DNA from: the human T2T-CHM13v2.0 reference genome, Homo sapiens
Strand: one strand, 5' to 3'
NCBI RefSeq assembly: GCF_009914755.1
Contig: NC_060942.1
Length of the DNA: 64,000 nt
Numbering within the stretch: position 1 is the stretch's first letter; the number at the start of each line of letters is the position of its first letter. The notes under the pieces were generated by a model. It saw nothing but the letters and a program-made list of their open reading frames with translations. It searched no databases and was not told the DNA's origin. Of the stretch, positions 57,515 to 64,000 are shown piece after piece. Made by a program: the position numbers and the translations under genes.

Positions 57515-58065
57515 GTAATGCTTATGATAACTAGCCTTTCTAGAGCACCTAGAGGGCATTGTGATAAGCATCTTAATGAATTATCTAATTTAAATCTTAA
57601 AATAGCCTATTAAATAGGTCTTGTAGTTTAACGTTCCCATTTTACTGATGAGAAAATGCAAATTGGGGAGGTTGTGATTTACTCAGCATCACAGAGCTAG
57701 CAAATGGCAAAGCCAGGATTTATTTTGTTTTGTTTTTGTTTTTGAGAGAGGGTCTCACTTTTACCTAGGCTAGAGTGCAGTGGTGCTGTTATGGTTCACT
57801 GCAACCTCAACCTCCCATGCTCAAGCCATCCTCCTGCCTCAGCCTCTGAAGTAGCCAGGACTGCAGGTGTGTGCCACTACCCCCAGCTAGTTTTTAAATT
57901 TTTTGTAGAGATGGGGTTTTGTCATGTTGCCCGGGCTGACCTGGAACTCTTGAGCTCAAGCAACCCACCCACCTTGGCCTCCCAAAGTGCTGGGGATTAC
58001 AGGTGTTCGCCACGGGATTTAAATCCAGGCAGTTTGACTCCAGAACTTGCCCTTTGACCACTCTG
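57515..58065 (-). mobile_element. MIR interrupted by an Alu (J-like, 57720-58005)
   Basis: cccattttactgatgagaaa...agccaggattt [Alu] gggatttaaatccaggcagtttgactccaga. Confidence 0.8.
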
Positions 58066-58392
58066 CTAGACTATTTCGTATGGGTTTTTTAAAGCAAACT
58101 TTGAAATCAAGTAGTCAAGCTCTTTATAGTGATGCTATTGTAAAGCTCTAAAGGCTTGACACTATTAATAATATGTATATATCAACATTACTACACAGAA
58201 TTCTGCAAGTTTCCCCTCCCCCACTTTATTGATGAGAAAAATGAAACATCTAAGTCAATGGCTTCCAGACTTTTGGACTTTGCCAACAAGTAAAAAACTG
58301 TTATGTGTGGGGGACAATTGGGACCAGACGTAAGATCTCCAACTTTTATTTCTGTCAAGGTTGAGAATCTTCTTAAACACTACTGCAATCTG

Positions 58393-58697
<305 letters not shown>

Positions 58698-59305
58698 CTA
58701 CTGCAATCTACTGTCCTGATCCTTTCCTTAAAAAAGGGACATTTTTACCACCACAAAGGTAGGAAGGTCATAGTTACAACATAAAAACAGAATAAATTTA
58801 ATATTATGAAAAACTATATTACATTGTGTTAGTTTTTCCTCCTTTGGTCATAGACCAGTCAAAAACATGTCCTAAACTAACACCAATTCAGAGATCATTC
58901 AGGAATGCCTGGGTGACACAACTGATTCTGAACTGGTAATTAGCTGAGTCCAGTCCAGATTCACTCTCCAGTCTGTCTGACAGCAAAGCCTGTGCTTGTT
59001 GCCCTGTCATGAGCTCTTTCTAGTGAACAGTGTCTAGGGTTTTGGTCTCATGTGAACAGTCTTTCTCAGGTGTTGACTATTTCCTTCTCCCTCCAGGTAG
59101 GGGGCCAGGGAGAATAGTCTCCAGCAGCCAATGTCTTAACAGCTTTAGTCCCAGTCCAGTTTGTAAATACCACCCAGAGGGTGAGTTCCACTGCTTCCCT
59201 GTTTGAGGTAGTTCTTTTGTCTGTGCTTACTCATGGAAGGGGCAAGGCAGTGACCATACCAGGGCAAGAAACCACGGGCATATTCCAGTATTCAAGAAAC
59301 TCTCC

Positions 59306-59600
59306 TGCTGGGTGTGGTGGCTCACACCTGTAATCCCAGCACTTTGGGAGGCCGAGGCGGGCGGATCACCTGAGATCAGGAGTTTGAGACCAGCCTGGCC
59401 AATATGGTGAAACCCCATCTCTACTAAAAATACAAAAAAGTAAACGGGCATGGTGGTGGGCACCTGTAGTGCTAGCTACTCGGGAGGCTGAGGCAGGAGA
59501 ATTGCTTGACCTAGGAGGTGGAGGTTGCAGTGAGCCAAGATTGTGCCATTACACTCCAGCCTGGGTGACAGAGCAAGACTCTGTCTAAAAAACAAAAAAA
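59306..59600 (+). mobile_element. Alu
   Basis: TSD aagaaactctcc. Confidence 0.95.
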
Positions 59601-59860
59601 GAAACTCTCCAGTAAATAGCTTGATTTTACTTAGTCATTCAAAATTCGAATCCCCACCTTCTTTTATTTCCTGTTTTTACTTCACTCACTCCTATAGTTC
59701 TCCTTCTGTCATCTTTGTGTAACATAAGGAGTTAGGTGTGTGTTTTCCTCGTTCTGTCTTGTCTCCAGCAGATATTAAGCCCACCTGTCTGTTTCTGTCT
59801 GTAAGTATTCTAAGTTCCAATTTCGGCAAAGATTGTTTTTTTCCTTAAGTTTTTTTTTAA

Positions 59861-60400
<540 letters not shown>

Positions 60401-60491
60401 TAACTAGGAGTTGAAAATAGAAGATTTCGTATATCAGCAACCTGATCTTAACTACTGATTCCAAAATGTATTTTTTGGGGATTGCCTTTGA

Positions 60492-60876
<385 letters not shown>

Positions 60877-60961
60877 CAAAGTTTTAACTGTAGTAAATAA
60901 TGCTATCTCTCCTGGAAGAGCCACATAAACATATGATGAATTCTTTTAGAACTTCTTTTTA

Positions 60962-61250
60962 GCTGGGTGTGATGGCTCATGCCTCTAATCCCAGCAACTC
61001 ACAGGCTGAGATCGGACGATTGCTTGAGGCCAAGAGTTCAAGACCAGCCTGGGCAACATAGCAAACGCCAGCTGTACAAAATATTAAAATTAGCCGGGCA
61101 CAGTGGCTTGTACCTGTAGTCTCAACTACTTGGGAGGCTAAAGCAGGTGAATCACTTGAGCCCAGGAGTTCAAGACTGCAGTTAGCTGTGATTATACAAC
61201 TGTATTCCAGCCTGAGTGACAGAGTGAGATACTGTCTCTAAAAAAAAAAA
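60962..61250 (+). mobile_element. Alu (J-like)
   Basis: Diverged consensus. Confidence 0.9.
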
Positions 61251-61890
61251 TATATAAAACTTTTTTTAAATGACAATTTATAAAATTTAAATGGTTTTTT
61301 TTCATCACTTAGCAGAGTATCAACCATCCCAATTTTGTTAATAATACTTTTGTCACCATGTTGGGGATTCTGGGGAGAAAGCTACTTGGTATATATATAT
61401 ATTTTTAACACTGTGCTGCTATAATTAACATTATTATTCATATGATACTGATTAATAATTTTTAAAAGTGTAGAAACATGTATATATAATTTGTACTTTT
61501 AGAGCCAACTGCTGGTACTTTCTGCAGTATAATAATAAATGGAAATAAAGTGACATGGAGCTTTTATGCAAGATAATCCTGAAAAGATGTATAAAAGTCA
61601 AATTTGAGTAACTTAAAATTTAAAAATAGCCTGAAAAATCTTGCTATTTAAAGAAGTCCAGTGAAGAATTCTCTTATATAGCAAATTCTCTCTCTTAAAA
61701 ATAAAATCAATGGAGTTTGCTCAAAGCAGGCTCTACCACTGTTTCTTCTTTTAGATTGTACACATTTAATAGATATCCATTATTAGATTCAGATAGTGAA
61801 GACAATTCATAAGTACACAATGCTGGTTCTATATATATGTGTGTGTGTGTATATATTTATACTATATACCCACACAAATTTAAAATTTAA

Positions 61891-62267
<377 letters not shown>

Positions 62268-62442
62268 AAGTTCTTTTTCTTGGTTTTGTTCATGTTCATA
62301 TTTCTTTTAAAAAGCACAAAGGAGAGCTTTATTTAGGACTTTATAACTTACTGGTAATAGAACATTAAGAGAATACTGCATGGTGGTGATTTAATAGATT
62401 CTGTTTAATGCTTTTGATGTTTACCTAGAGAAAACCAAATCT

Positions 62443-62738
62443 GGCTGGATGCAGTGGCTCACACCTGTAATCTCAGCACTTTGGGAGGCCAAGACTGACA
62501 GATCAATTGAGGCCAGGAGTTTGAGACCAGCCTGGGCAACATAGAGAGACCCCGTCTCTACCAAAAATACAAAAAATTAGCCGGGCATGGTGGTGCATGC
62601 CTATAGTCCCAGCTACTCAGGAGGCTGAGGCAGGAGAATCACTGAATCCAGGAGACGGAGGCTGCAGTGAGCTGAGATCGTGCCACTGCACTCCAGCCTG
62701 TGTGACGGCAAGACTCTGTCGCAAAAAGAAAAAAGAAA
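62443..62738 (+). mobile_element. Alu
   Basis: TSD gaaaaccaaatct. Confidence 0.95.
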
Positions 62739-63783
62739 ACCAAATCTGATGGTGTAAGTTTCACAGCAGCTAAAAAGACATGGATTCCTGTAGTGTTAAG
62801 TAAGAATATGAGAGCAATACTAACCCTAGGCCTCATTCCGGCCCTGACGTAGGTGCTCAATAGATGAGTAAATAAGTATAATATATGTTTAAACTGAATC
62901 AACTTCCAGTTTAAAGTGATCGATTAGTCACATGTTGAAATCTCCCTTTCTTGCTCTAAAAACACAGAGATGGTAAGTAAAATTGAAACAACACAGAGCC
63001 AAGTTTGAAAGCAAGAGAGAAATCTCCACATGCAGGAGTGAAGAAAGAACCTATAGCAGTGAGCTTGATTGAAGACAAATGTTCCATGGGTAGACAGGGA
63101 ACAAACACAGTACATGAATACTACTTAGGATCTGAAGTGTTTATTGCTTGCCAGGAGACGGAAACTGAGTTCCCAAGGCCTGTTCAACCTTCAGAATCAA
63201 AACTAGACATATTTTGGGAAGCTGAGAATGGGGAAACACTTTTCTCTCCATAAATGAAGACTGTATCCTCACTGAGGTTGAGACGAGAATTAAACCATCC
63301 ATCCCACACCATAAGTAGAATCCTAAACCTCAACTTGTTTGAATTTGGCTTTGGAATTCTACCTGAGGTATGTAACCATCTAACACAGAAACTAATGTAG
63401 AAACTAGTTTTAGCTTGTAAACTCTCAGGATCTCATATAGAGGCAAACTTAAAACTGCCTCCAAGGGTTGGTTTCCACAACACACAACGTGTATGGGACC
63501 ACCATCAAAGATTGCAAAGTGAGCTTATAGACAAAAATTATGCCATGAAAGAGACTGAAAATTTATATCCAGGCACTAAAGACATTAGCAAAGATCTTTA
63601 AAATAAATATTTAATGAAGCCAGAATTTAAAGTTATGAAGCATGAACTGGTGACCATAAAACAGAACCAAATAGAAATATAGACATAAAATAATTGAAGT
63701 GAAAAGATGGAATATCAGAAATAGATAACTAAAGAGCTATATAAGAAGTTAGGTGGTGGATAAATTGCTTAATTAAGAAATGA

Positions 63784-64000
63784 GGCCAGGCTCAGTGGCT
63801 CACGCCTGTAATCATAACACTTTGGGAGGTTGAGGCTGGCAGATCACTTGAGCCCAGAAGTTGGAGACCACCCTGTGCAAAATGGTGAAACTCTTTCTCT
63901 ACAAAAAAAACTACAAAAATTAGCTGGGCATGATGGCACATGCCTGTCATCCCAGCTACTTGAGAGGCTGAGGTGGGAGGATTGCTTGAGCCCCCGAGGT
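63784..64000 (+). mobile_element. Alu (J-like), cut by the window end
   Basis: Consensus. Confidence 0.9.

Noticed and set aside
62930-63780. A-rich segment possibly from an ancient L1 5' region or ORF1, and the 82-aa ORF at 63005
   Set aside because: I cannot assign a family by eye, and it does not match the ME2 N-terminal coding sequence.

Overview
Human/primate genomic DNA, very Alu-dense: about 60-65 Alus, roughly 30% of bases by my estimate, plus old L1, MIR, LTR and DNA-transposon fossils. A CpG island at ~54.3-55.5 kb holds a GC-rich non-coding first exon ending at CTG|GTAAGG (55033). From memory I recognise it as the ME2 (mitochondrial NAD(P)-malic enzyme) 5' UTR; the rest of the window would then be ME2 intron 1. 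If so, the left end is the distal 5' region of MRO (maestro) on the minus strand, and a matching minus-strand donor sits at 1010. No intact protein-coding exon is visible, and almost all listed ORFs are Alu read-throughs. Most notable observations: a heavily decayed, intronless HUWE1 HECT-domain retrocopy (~15.1-16.7 kb); faint possible relic exons of MRO/MROH-type genes (~23.6, ~26.1-26.7 and ~45.2-45.5 kb); a candidate cryptic 5' UTR exon with a minimal uORF in ME2 intron 1; and several Alu fusion, duplication and nesting scars. I found no evidence for a new multi-gene system. Gene and repeat names come from recall, not database searches, and repeat boundaries are approximate.
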